A stretch of 64,000 nt of DNA from Amphiscolops sp. MND2022 (Eukaryota): positions 50,718,001-50,782,000 of the forward strand of contig OZ076409.1 in assembly GCA_964187785.1 (NCBI GenBank), written 5' to 3'. This document shows positions 13,436 through 25,799 of this stretch, piece by piece; the stretch's first letter is position 1; every line of letters begins with the position of its first letter. Under the pieces are notes generated by a model. That model was not told where the DNA came from. It made no database searches and was given only the letters and a program-made list of their open reading frames with translations. A program made the position numbers and the translations under genes.

Positions 13436-14881
13436 TCCCCTGCTGAAAAAAAACTAAAGTTTCGGAAGAATATTGACCACATTTTTCTCGCCATCTTTTC
13501 CTTGATTTGCTGTCTGAATAAAAGCCATATAACGAATTTTGTGACAACTGCAAGAATAGCTGTGGAAGTGTTGTAATAGTACTTCATTTTATTGAAAAGG
13601 CATTCAAAATTGATTTTCAGGAAGTTGTCAAACGACGAATTTTTAAAGTATTTGTGTTTTTAATCAATGTTTTCAATTTTAAAAAAACTGCAGAAAACTT
13701 TAAAAAATTGAGTAGTATCAGAACTAGAAATCAATACGCGAGTAAATGCTGTTGCTAATTTCGAAAAAAAGGAAGTTAAAGGAAATTTTAGAAACTCTTC
13801 TTCAAAAAGCTCTTTATTCCGGAAGACGAAAATTGCCATAGTCTCAATGCAATTCTTGTTTTTAGAAAGCGTTTTTTCAATGAAAATACCCCCAGCTGTC
13901 ACTGTTTGTGACTTTTAAAACCTTTTTCTGCATTTTTTAAAATACAACTAGGACTTGGGAAGCCGAAGGGCACGTGTCCGAGTTTTTCTCAACGCCATTT
14001 TTGTTTCTCAAGTGAGAGAAAATAATCGTGTTCTCTGCAATAAGTTAAACAAGACGCCCTCTAAGCACCGGGATTTTTTCCTCCCTTTTCGCCTTCATCA
14101 CTTGAGCCATAGCTAATTTGGGAGGGGAATAGGATCTAAAAATTAAGATCTAAAATTTAGTGATCTTTTAGATTCCGTTTAGATCTTATTCCCGCCGTGA
14201 AATTTTAGATCTTATTATTCCCTTTAGATCTCAATCCCATTTTTACTTTAGATATTATTCCCATCTCAGTATGAATGATGAAGGCTGAGCAGGGAGGCTG
14301 AGTAAGTGGAGTGGAGTTGTACAAAGTGGAGTTTTGGCAGAATTTGGAAAAAAAACGCAACACAGATGATGATTTTCCTCCCCATTGAAAATGTGGGTCG
14401 GAAAATAATAAAAGAATGCAATCCTGAATCGTAAATCAAGCAAACAGCGAGTTGTTATCCATTTAAAGCGAACTCTACCATTAGATTCTTCAATGTTATG
14501 CATATAATTTGGAACTTTTGGTGTATTTTCCATTAGGAATTCAGGTATAACACATCTGGTGGCATCTAGACCTGGTTCTAACGGGTCCCTTTGAAACTGC
14601 TGGACTATTTTTACCTCTTTCACGGGAGTAGAAGATGCAGAAAAGCGTTGTCGCATGCTGCAGCCTGTGGCGGAACTAGATACTCCACAACGGCAGATGG
14701 ACAAGAGATCGTTCCGGGGACTCTCCGAAGTTACTGAAATTAGACATTTATTATGTTGATATAAAGTAATTTATTTTAATTTAGTACAAGCTGATATAGA
14801 ATGTATTACTGTTGCATTTAGAGATTGGATTTCTGAGGTTGTTAACAATTTTGCTTAAATGTTGATGATTGTTATGAAAGC

Positions 14882-16321
14882 TGTTATGAAATTTGTAATT
14901 GCAAAGCATGTGTAACACAATGTATGAAAGTAAGGAAACGAGTTCAAATCGCTTCTGTACATTTACGGTAACAATGCTTGGCAGTATTTTCTTACCCAAT
15001 CACAACTAATTATTCTGTGCTAACGTGGAAAACTATGATTTGCTATTTGACCAAACACTCACAGTGTTAAAATGAAAGTAAGGTAAATGGCTGGTTCGGG
15101 CCAAGTAACGTGTTATTTGTTCAAGATGTCATTAGTCTGCTTGCAATGCTACTTGTGTATGTTTTTAAAGTATAGCCGTTCTTTTATTGAAATTGGGATG
15201 ATTATTATTGATGTTTGAAGTGCTTATTATTAGCATAGAGCTGCGCTTAGAAACACGAGTCTGCGGACCAACTCTGGCCGGTGATCAATGATCAATAATT
15301 TGTCCAAAAGCCGTATTCGGCTTTTGGACAAAATCATCAGTTTGTAATTTTGAAGCCTAGTGAATTACGTTGACCAATTAGGGCACGTGTGTAGACACGT
15401 GCCGATGCATAATGTTTACATATTTTGAATATTTTGGTTGAGATGGACGCTTTGAAGTATTGATATTGAATACAATAACGTGACACTTTATTCAGAAATG
15501 TGTTTGGAATGCTCTGAATGTGTAATATATGTGCAATTCCTCCGACATAGATGTAAAGTATTAATACTTGTCAGGTGCCGTTTCAGAAGTTTGGATACTA
15601 GATGTATGTTAATTGTTTTGTTGAAATGTAAAGAAGGTGAGTGTAATGCCGAAGGTGGTATATATACCCTCAATATTACGAACCATTGTATTGTTCAAAC
15701 CGGTACAAAATACGATTTTCCGGTTAAAGTTCGAATCTCTCAAATAGGCAACTTTTGATGCCTGTCGCTAGAAAACAAAGAAGTAAAACGAGAAGGTCAA
15801 GAGAAGCAGATATGAACTCAGACTTTGAGAACACGTAATGATAGGAAATGGTCATTATGAAAGAGAAGACAGTGAGTTTGGAAACTCAGTAAGGAGGCCC
15901 GGAAGCCCCAGGTATGATGCTTTAATTGACCACTCAAGAGAAATTGAAATCAGAGGATTTGCTGAAAGCGGCCAAAATACTACTAAAGTAGATTCCGGTA
16001 GCGAGCTCAGCTGATTATCCGGGGAATTAAAGCAGAGAATACTACAAAAATTGAATGGATTGATGAACAGTGTTAATTTGCAGATTCAGAGGACCATAAA
16101 TGAGACCATAACTGAGGCCATTAACGAGCAGTTTTCATCTCAACTCCAAGCCTCACCTAGTGCCGTAAACGCACAGCAGTCCCATAATGGGTGGAATTTT
16201 TTGGGCGAGAGACCGGAACGCAAATCCGAAGATACTTTTAGCAGGAAAATTAGAAGTAGTTCTAAGGATGAGTTCCTCAGAAATCGAAATCGTGAAGAAC
16301 AAGAAGAAAAGACTCATAACA
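14882..16321 (+). mobile_element. LTR-like unit, family A, with decayed ORF 15758-16321
   Basis: Termini TGTTATG...CATAACA. TATATA box at ~15660. ORF MPVARKQRSKTRRSREADMNSDFEN...MNSVNLQIQRTIN...W...ERPERKSE...THN runs to the 3' end. No clean TSD. Confidence 0.55.
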
Positions 16322-17759
16322 AGCGTTTTCAGTTGTATTTGGAAATACGAGATTCTTTAGATTTTCATCGAAAGCTCATTTATGCATATTCAAGACTTTG
16401 AATTTTATGAGACTTTTGCTTTTTTCGACTCTCGTCTTTTGCGTTCCCCGCTAGGTAAGAAACAGGAACGAATGTTTATTTCCCCAATTCCGCTGAATCT
16501 GCAATTCAAAGTCGGCACCCTCTCGGATACCATCTCTCCATATCAAGCCATGGTGGTCAAGCTATACCCTGTAGCCAAGCAATGGTCGGCTTGAAGCTGT
16601 GGTTTCCAAGTGACTTGCTCAAGGTCACATACGTCTGACTGCTTACCGTTCTTTTTTTTGTACTTTTCTCCACAAAAAGTATGGTCCTGAGAAAACAACT
16701 GAGCAACTAAAAATTTATATATCAAAGGAGGTATGGAAAAAAAGATTTTTCACATCGATTCTATTTTGTTATTCTGTCCCGGAAATCATTGCTCTACATT
16801 GTTGCATCGACAATCGCAAAATAATGTTTGGTTGTTAAGGAACAGATGCGGCTTCGAGCAGTTTTTGAAACTGTCGGGGGAGTTTTAAGATCGAGACTTT
16901 TTCCGTAGTTTAGTAGAAATAGTGCACTAGATGGTATGCAAAATTCATTGGTTTATTGATCTGGCTCAAAAACATTCCGCTCATCTCTTATTTTCATGAT
17001 AAGGAAAAATCTTATTAGTAACAATAACAATTAGCTCTTTGTGTGTTTTCAAGGTTACTGAATTTCCCTGTTCCTAGAAAGCAATTTTATACCAAAGAGA
17101 GTTTTCTCTTGAAATTGTGATATAATTACACAGATTTACAAAAAATAAATACATGAATGGCACTAATTTAAACCCAATTTGTCAAGCAACATTTACTTGC
17201 GTGTTGTCGGCTACATGTGAATTCTTTCTCGCTTTTTCACCTCGGGTGTCGTTTATTATCAAAAAATGAGAGCTCACGCTGCGAAATTTGTAAAATGGGC
17301 GTTTTAGCAAGAAATCAAAATGAAGATATCCATGATTTGCATATAACGAAAATATGCAGTGAGATATATTTACAAGAACAGAAAAGAAAGAAAAGAAAAG
17401 GTAATTTATTTGGATGATACAAAGCAATGCATAACCTTACAAACGACCCTGCACTTTTACCATCCAAAATGGCCAAAGAAGAAGCATAACTGCTTGTTGG
17501 GTCTTGCCCTCGAAAATGAAGTATTTTATTTTACAATGTATTTACAACAATTAGTCAACTACAATAGAATGAACGAAAAGCATATCACCTTTATGAAGGT
17601 GATGTGCGTTTCATTCATTCGATTATAGTTGAGTAGATGTTATATAAGCATAAAATACTTTATATTCTTTGTAATTATTGAGAGTAAAAAAATTCCTGAC
17701 TTTATATACCGCTCAAGATTCAAACTTTTAAAATTTGCAAAAGAACACTCCAGTTAAAA

Positions 17760-18484
17760 TTTTATCAATTTTCCAGTGCCCCAAGTGATACCCCAAGGGA
17801 TGCTCATAAGACTCGAGAACCACTCTTTCCCCAACTGGAGACAACAAAACACATTTTGCTCCACAAAAAACCTCTCACGAAACGAAAAAAGGAGGTAAAA
17901 ATTCGTTTTTTTTCGAAAAACTTGATGAAGGTCTCCGGTAAGTCTCATAGTGCCAAAAACCCTAAGCAATCCTCAATGCTGGCGAAACGTTTCGTTTCTA
18001 GTAAAAATTGATAGAAAAAAATGGAAAAAAGTGGCATGGAAAAAACGCCGGTCTTGAAAATAAAAAAAATTCGCATATAGCGTGCTGAGAAATAACCTAA
18101 TTTTAAGGCGAAAAATAGTCATCTCACAATGCCGAAAATTGTTAGAGGAGGGAGCCTTTGGGCTCTTCGAAAATCCCATTCATTGCAAAATTTTAAAAAA
18201 AAATTGAAGTTGGTACTCTTTGGAGACATTAAAATATTTTTGAAAAAATAGTCTCACAAAGCCGAAATAACAAGCATAAAAAATTTGGTCAAGCGCGAGA
18301 CTCAATTCCACGTCCAGCTTTTCAGACCTCAATAAAGTCTGATTAACCTCAGTGCCAAATGGCAGTAGAAGTTACAAGATACTTAGCAACAGCTTATATA
18401 TAAAGCATAAAATCTGTTCGTCGGTCTTTAAAAAAGTCACTACTATAGTCTGTCTGCTCTTTCTACGAAAGCGCTGACTGAAAA
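17760..18484 (-). mobile_element. Degenerate HINE-like copy
   Basis: Ends aaagtcactactatagtc...aaagcgctgactgaaaa and contains tctcacaatgccgaaaa units. Confidence 0.5.
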
Positions 18485-18634
18485 TAGGATTATATCGACA
18501 CCAATTATTTCATGGGACCAAAATTTCAACGCAAACGATGTCGACATAATGGTATTTAAACCTTGATATTTATGCCCCCATGTGGCGCGTGGGGGGATAA
18601 GAAACATGGTGCTCAAACTTTGATCAAATAAGTG

Positions 18635-19173
18635 TTTTTAGTCGGCGCATTTCAACAAAATGAGCCAGACTATTACAGTGGCAAGTTTTTTTGTCAAATA
18701 ACAAAATGTATGCGTAGTGGACACTTTTTACAGAACTACTAAACTACTGACCAGCAAACAGAAATGCAACTAAGTTAGTGCAAAGGGTCCCCCCTTTCAT
18801 TTACCCGCTTTTTAACGTAGGATACAAAACCGGAAGAGACTATAGGGTCCCCCTTTGAATTTTATTTTTGTTCGGCACTGTGCGACTTTTTTGATTTTTT
18901 GTCGTTAAAGGGTCCCCACTTCAAGTTTTTTGATACTTTGCAGCAAACTGAAGTTTCAAAAAGCCTAAAGGGTCTCCCCTTTTAAGTTTTTTGGCAATAT
19001 GAGACTGTTTCAAAATTCTCATTTTTCGAATATTTTAAATGTCTCCAAAGGGTCCCCCCTTCATTTTTTAAATATTTTGGAACAAACTGGATTTTTAAAA
19101 AGCCAAAAGAGCCCCCCTTTACAATTTTAAAAACTTTGCGCTTTTTGAGCCTTTTAGACGTTCCCGTCTTGTT
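18635..19173 (+). mobile_element. HINE-like element ending just before the GPCR TM5 exon acceptor
   Basis: tttttagtcggcgc ... gacgttcccgtc-ttgtt. Confidence 0.7.
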
Positions 19174-19181
19174 CTTTTTAG

Positions 19182-19389
19182 ATCAGAGAGACGTTGTGGA
19201 TAACTGCCTGTTTCTGATCGAGCTCACCCTGTTTTACATCGCTCCTCTCATAGTTTCCACCATATGCTACTGCATGATCCTGCGGGCCCTTAGAGCTCGG
19301 GCCGAAATGTTTGCAGTCGGCACTGTCCATGGCTTCACCAATGTTTCATCGACCAATGGAGCAGCAAAACTAACGCCAGCCAACAACAG
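19182..19389 (+). CDS. GPCR exon encoding ECL2-TM5-start of ICL3 (3' boundary uncertain)
   Basis: Acceptor ttctttttag| is phase 1, matching the previous donor (G+AT = Asp). Translates to DQRDVVDNCLFLIELTLFYIAPLIVSTICYCMILRALRARAEMFAVG..., with the TM5 FYxxP(5.50)...Y(5.58) pattern. The donor is ambiguous: AG|ggatgt at 19390 or GAT|gtgaaa at 19394. Confidence 0.85.
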
Positions 19390-20594
19390 GGATGTGAAAA
19401 TCTGAATAGTCATGCATTTCTTCCTATAACAAACTTCAGTGTCTTTGTTACAGAATCACAATTAATTGGCTTTGAAACAGCAAAGAAACGCTTGCAAAAA
19501 CCCAGTAATTTAAAACTCTGCGTAAGCTGCAAACACAAAATAAAACAGGTTTTTTCGTCAGCTAGAGGAATTTGTTAGCAGTAACTGTTATCTTCAAGTA
19601 GTTAGTTTAACCCTCTTAGGAGCTAGTCGAGACACTTTTATTTACTTATCTACAACGTGTGTTTCGATGCGTTTTAACGGCGTTAAACGACGCTTTTCAG
19701 GCGTTGATTTACTCAAAGTCATCAATTCTATTGGCTAATACGAGACGAAAAAATCAAAATCAATCAAATTTTTGAAAGTTTTTGAGCTGTTCCGAACTGA
19801 GCTAGGTCAAAACGTTTTTATACGAACCGTTTTGTACTTAAAGATCAGAATTGTCTGAAACTAAGAAAATTTTTGATTTCAAGTAAGACGAATAATTCCA
19901 TAGTTATTACCATACAAGTACCACAACTTTTTGAAAATATTCACCTATTAACCAATCTTCGAACCAGTATATGAAATTTTCATGGTTAAAACCTAATTTA
20001 AATTGAATCAAAAATGTTTTTGTACTTAACTGTTATCACTGATGATAACATGTCAGCAGCATTTGAAAAAAAAATTGTTTCCTCATGAAACCTGCAAAAC
20101 GTCGAATTTCAAAGTTGCCGCCAAATTGCCAGGGTTTGGTTGGCAAGAAGAGATCGTGAGTTTATTTAAATAATTAATAGCTCGCTGAGCGTTAGCTTCG
20201 TTTGAACTTGCCGGTTTCACAAAGAAACAAGACGCCCGCTGAGCACCGAAATATTTTCCGCTTCAACTGAGCCATATATGGCCACGGTGCTCAGCTATAG
20301 CTATTTTAGTTACTAGAAATAGTCAAGTAACTTTAGAAATAGTCAAGTAGTGGATGGAGATCGTGGAGATTTGGCAGAATTTGGAAAAAAACGCAACACA
20401 GATTATGATTTTCCTCCTCCGTTTTATGTGGGCGGAAAATAACAAATCTTTTATCAAATGCAGCTGACAGGCTATAACCATGGTTATATCGCAGTAATAA
20501 CAATTAAATTGAAAAACCAATTAAATAGAAAAATCAGGCTTTTAACCATGAATGTTTTATATACTGGTTATTGCTTTATAGATGTTTATTTTTT

Positions 20595-21111
20595 AACAAG
20601 ACGGGACCGTCTAAAGTTTTTAAAATTGTAAAAGAGGGGACCTTTTGGGCTTTTTGAAAGTCGTTTGTAGCAAAATATTTGAAAAATTGAAGGGGGGGCA
20701 CCCTTTGGAGACATTGAAAAATTTCGGAAAAAAAACGAAAATGAGAATTTTGAAGCTTTCTCACAATGCCGAAAAACCTAAAAGAGACACTTTGGATTTT
20801 TTGAAACTTCAGTTTGCTGCAAAATATCAAAAAACTTGACTTGAAGGGGGCGACTCTTTGGAAACAAAAACAATAGAAAAAAGTTCAAAGGGGACCCTAT
20901 AGTCTCGTCCGGTTCGGTATCTTACGTTAAAAAGGGAGTAAATGAAAGGCACCCTTTGCACTAACTTCGATGCGTTTCCGGTTGCCGGTCCAGTAGTTTA
21001 ATAATCTGTAAAAAGTGTCCACTACGCATACATTCTGTTGTCTAACGAAAAAAAACTAGTCACTGTAATAGTCGGGCATTTTTCCTTATAGGAAAACGCG
21101 CCGACTAAAAA
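20595..21111 (-). mobile_element. HINE-like element, same subfamily as the 18635 copy
   Basis: aacaagacgggaccgtc ... cgcgccgactaaaaa. Shares the block tgtaaaaagtgtccactacgcata with the 18635 copy, inverted. Confidence 0.7.
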
Positions 21112-21320
21112 TCGTCCTAGTAGACTGAAAGATTTCTAAAACGTTTTAGAAGAATGGATTGCAAAAACCAATTTTTACCTTACTGTTCATATTGTTTTGT
21201 TCAACGTTTACTCTTTATTCGATGAACAAAACCTATAAACTCACATTTGGATATTTTCAGCGTAGTCGGTTGGATTTTTAAAAAATCCAACAATAGGGAT
21301 TCGTTTGAGTCATCTATGTT

Positions 21321-21816
21321 AACAAGACGAGAACGCCTCAAGTCGGCGCTATATCTAAGGCTCAAAAAGCGCAAAACGTTTTTTTTGGAAAAAAACTTGA
21401 AATTTTCGAAAAAAAATTTCTTTCGGAAAATGTCGCACAGTGCCGAAAAATGTAAAAGGGGGGACCCTTTTTGATTTATAAACACGCATTCTGTAGCAAA
21501 ATAACAAAAAACTCAAAGGGGGGACCCTTTGGGGACATTAAAAAAAATTCGAAAAAAAATCTCACAGCGCCGAAAAAAATCGAAAGGGGGGGGGGTACGA
21601 AACTTTAGTCCCGTCCGGGCTTGTATGTAACGTTGAAAAAGTAAATGAATGCGCTCCCCGTTTACCTTTAGCGGTCCAGTAGTTTAGTACTTATTTAGTA
21701 GTTGAAGGTTAATTTTAACGTTCGTCGCTTTGAGTCTGTCTTAAATAAAAAAAAAGAAAAAAAAACGAGTGACTGTAATAGTCGGGCTCTTTTCTTAAGA
21801 AAAGCGCCGACTAAAA
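21321..21816 (-). mobile_element. HINE-like element, full length
   Basis: aacaagacgagaacgcctcaagtcggcgct ... aagcgccgactaaaaa. Confidence 0.7.
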
Positions 21817-22192
21817 ATAAATAGTTTGACCTGAAGGCCAACTGCTGCTAATTTTGATGCAATAAATGAGTAATTATTCGGATCAAGGTTCTTTTGCGGC
21901 CTTTCTTTTCCAATTATATAAAAGCCATCATTTTGCTGAAAATTTTCATTCATGATTTTGGAAAAAAAATAGGAGCGTGATGATTGAGGAATTAAAATCA
22001 AGCGTTTGAAATTGCCGTTGCTTGAAATGATAGCGGTTGGAATCGCATCGATGGTTTTTGAATGATCATCAAACAAACTCTATGTAGATAATAAATAACA
22101 TTCAGGTCAATTGTGACTGAAATTTTCTTCGTGAAAGAAACTGTTTCGGGAAAAATTTCCACATTATACAAGTTCTTAAATTTTTTTCATAG

Positions 22193-22460
22193 CAGCTTTT
22201 TAAAAACATCCCTGGCAAATAAAAGGAGCAACCCCAATCAATTCAGTGTACCTGTGACAGATAGTGACATAGCGGTAGTGAATCAAGGAAATGGTCAACC
22301 TAACACATGCCGAAGACAACTCGAGTTGAGGCACTCACGGTCCAAAACTAGCTCGGGTATCCAAACTACCAATGAGAGTGAAGTCGCAGCTTCTTCGGCA
22401 GTTCCTAGACCACCTCCGAAGAGGGAACAGACTCATCAGCATTTGTCAGCCAATAGAAAG
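22193..22460 (+). CDS. GPCR exon encoding the distal ICL3 (5' boundary uncertain)
   Basis: Open, GC-richer, low-complexity frame ending ...QTHQHLSANRK|gttcga (phase 0). This joins the next exon to give ANRKVTRLM, the typical pre-TM6 motif. Best acceptor is tttttttcatag|cag (tandem NAGNAG, phase 2); alternatives are at 22247 and 22261. Confidence 0.7.
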
Positions 22461-25400
22461 GTTCGAAAATTGCAACTGATGTTTAGATTATTGTTTGAGT
22501 GAAAACTGTAAACAATATAGAAATTAAAAAGTTGGGCTTAAAACCACACTTCAAATTGAAATCCATCTTAAGTTGTTACGAAAATGATCCACTGAATTGC
22601 CCATACCATATATATGATATGTATACATGCCATACCACATATACCATATATACTTTATGCAATCCTTTGAAAAGAGCAGAGGCTCAGAAACAGGTGTTTC
22701 CTGTTTTTCAAAATCCTAAGTGTTATCATTGGGTATAGTAAAGAAGGTTTCCATTTTTTGATAAATCATATAATATCTTGCACACACTGGTCATAACGAA
22801 AAACGCCAGCGACAAATTTTGGACGTTTGATTCTGTTCTATAACTTTTGATTATGACCCTTTTTCCGAAAACACCGTGTGACTTCTCTTATAACGCAAAA
22901 AGTTGTGAAATGTGAATATTTCAGAGTTTTAGTGTCGACGAAATCACAATTGTTTTCAGCTGTTTATTTTTTGAGAAAGATTTTCAGAAAAAGTTCTTGA
23001 GTTGAAATTTGAAGTACAGAATCCAGGCTACGAAACCGGTACTGGGAGTGTTTTATGTTTGGCCAGTTGTTTAAGGTGATGCTTGGTTAAGTTCGAAAAC
23101 TCCGAAAATTTGCGAAATACAGCATGAAAATCTTTTTAAAGTCTTGATTCGGTTCCAAAACGGAAAGTATCATTGTAATTCTGAACAAAATCTTTTTTTT
23201 TCATTCAAGATAGTCTTTTTTGTCAAATGCATTTTCGAAAACAAATGCGCTTTGAAACTTTGGCTTGAAATTTTTGTAAAGTTAACAAGCATGGCACTAT
23301 GGTGACAAACAAAATTTTCGAAACAAAAATTTCGATTAACACCTGCCACGTTGTGAGGTATTCATTTTGAGTGTCTTTGTAGACTGCATATACTTAAAAT
23401 CAGTACAGAAGACGAAAAAAGGACTTACACCAACACGCACCCCGATTGATGAAAATAGAGAAGAAATAAGAAGATTCATCTGAATTTCATGTAAAAGTTT
23501 CTAAACTTTGCGCTATTTATTAGCTAGGTTTTGATTGGTTTATCTCGTAGATTGGGGTCTCAGAGGCATTAATCTGGCGTGTATTCATTCTCTTGTGGAA
23601 TTGGAACAAAAAGACAACAGAGGAGTTATTTGACGTTTTTTCAAAAAGTATTTTCTAAAAATCAGGTCAGTCAGAACTGTCAGATCTGCCAAAACTATCA
23701 TTTTTGGTAATCAATCCAACTTATTTTTTTAAGCGCCCTAGTTGAGACTGCAGGAACTTTTTACATGCTGCAGGCCTGCATGCAGGGTAATTGTTTATAA
23801 AACCTAGAAAATTCAGGGTAATTCAGGTGGTAAATCTTGAAGAATTACACTGCATTTTCCACTACTGCAATTAAATTTGAAAATAGATACAACATCATCA
23901 CCGACACGACCTTATTGTATTTACAATTTGTTTTATCAACTACTCATCTGATGTGATCACCGCGTCTCAAATAGGACGCTAAACATGACGGTATATTGCA
24001 GTTTATTAGGTGACTGAAGTAATTTTGCATTAAAATGGCTGTTAAACTGAGAGCAATTTATTTGCTTTTAAAATTAGAACTGCTTCTTTATGAAACCTGC
24101 AAAACTTCAAGGCGTAAAATTGCCGCCAAAACTTTGATGAATCTTTCAAGCAGCTTGATAAAAGTCGAATACAACAGGTAAATATTTTCTCATTAAAGTT
24201 TCCGTAAGAGTTTTAGAAAATCATAATAAAAGTTGCTGGCAACATTAAAGTACATGCAAAAAGTTCAAGAAGTTTCAACAAGGGCGTGATTCCCATTTTC
24301 AGACCTCGGAAGTATGTAGGAACCTTGAGGAACGTTAGTAACCGTTTTTACGTGCGTGGAGGACATGTTGGAATGCTCTAAAAAAACGGGCCTCCTCGGC
24401 ATATGAAAAGTACTTATAGGAGACCACTTTTTCGTGTGAAAGCTACCGTTTCGGTTTCTGAAGGACAAAGGTCTCCCGTCTAGACAACCTAAGCATTTTC
24501 CCAGTTCTATTTTTATGCTCTTTTTGCTGTAATTTACAATTAGCAGCCTCAAATTTTTTGGTACCATTTTGGTATCTTTATGGTGACGCCCTGACTTCTA
24601 TCACAGAAGAAACGAAATGAGATCATAAATGCGAATTCCTTCGCATTGATTTTCTTGTTACAATCTCCCATTATTTATTGAAAGTGCGCATATAAATGCT
24701 AGACAAATCACGAAAGTAATTTTTATCAAAAAGTAATGCAGACAAAGTAAGTGGACACTTTGGCGGTGTATCATATAAAAATAATCCAAGCAGAAAATTT
24801 GAATAAAGTCTAAATTACGATTTTCCTTTTGATGTATTTCGATCCGAATCAAAGAATTTCTGTGGCAAACTTCCAAATTCTTTCCACATTTATTAGGATT
24901 CTCTACCGAATGGTATGTAGAGCAAATCAAACATGGCATGTTGGACTAATTCATTCCAATGGGTTGGAGCGTTTAATTTTTAAATTCAGAAACGATTGGC
25001 ATTCCGTTACGTCATTTGCATTCATCATCTTCTTGCGCATGATCTCTGTTCCTAGACAGGGGTCTCTGGGATAAATTCAACATGAAAGCAATAGCAAACC
25101 AATATCCATGGAAGAACGAATGCCTCGCTGCCAAAAAGAAATAGTTGAAGACGCAAAACAAAAAGTCTCATCGCAATAGTCACAATCTACCTTTGCAAGG
25201 TGAAATTTTTCACAATAATTGAAGACAACTAATTTCGGGGCGTGATAGTCAATTCCAAAAACGCTGTAAAGAAAAGGCCATTAAAAAATTGACCGCCAAA
25301 ACTGTGACAGCTCCTCACCAGAAACATTGTTCCAATAACAATAACTTGACAAGACTAAGAACTTCACATGAGGAAGACGGTATGCAAAAGAAAGCTCTTC

Positions 25401-25799
25401 GTCAAGTTGATGAATCTGCACAACAAGCAACGGAGGGCAATAAATACACCATGTTTTGCTGTCAATGGTATGAAAATAGGAAAACATATAAAAATACCCC
25501 AATTTTCAAAGCATGAAAAAATCATTAAAATAATTACCAATGACTGCAAAACAACTCGATAACAAACATTTAAATTCTTTCAGTTCATTGTTGCAGAACT
25601 ATATATAACATAAAAAACGTTTTGTCAAAACAACGAAATTTTCTTGACAATACTTATTCAACCTTTCCTATGTCGTCATGGCAAGCCAGTGATTGAGCTT
25701 GAATCATATATTCCTAAACGAAAAATCATTGCACCAACGGCACCCTGGCTAACAAAATCTGACATTGCAAAAATGAGTACTCTCGGCGAAAAACTAGAA

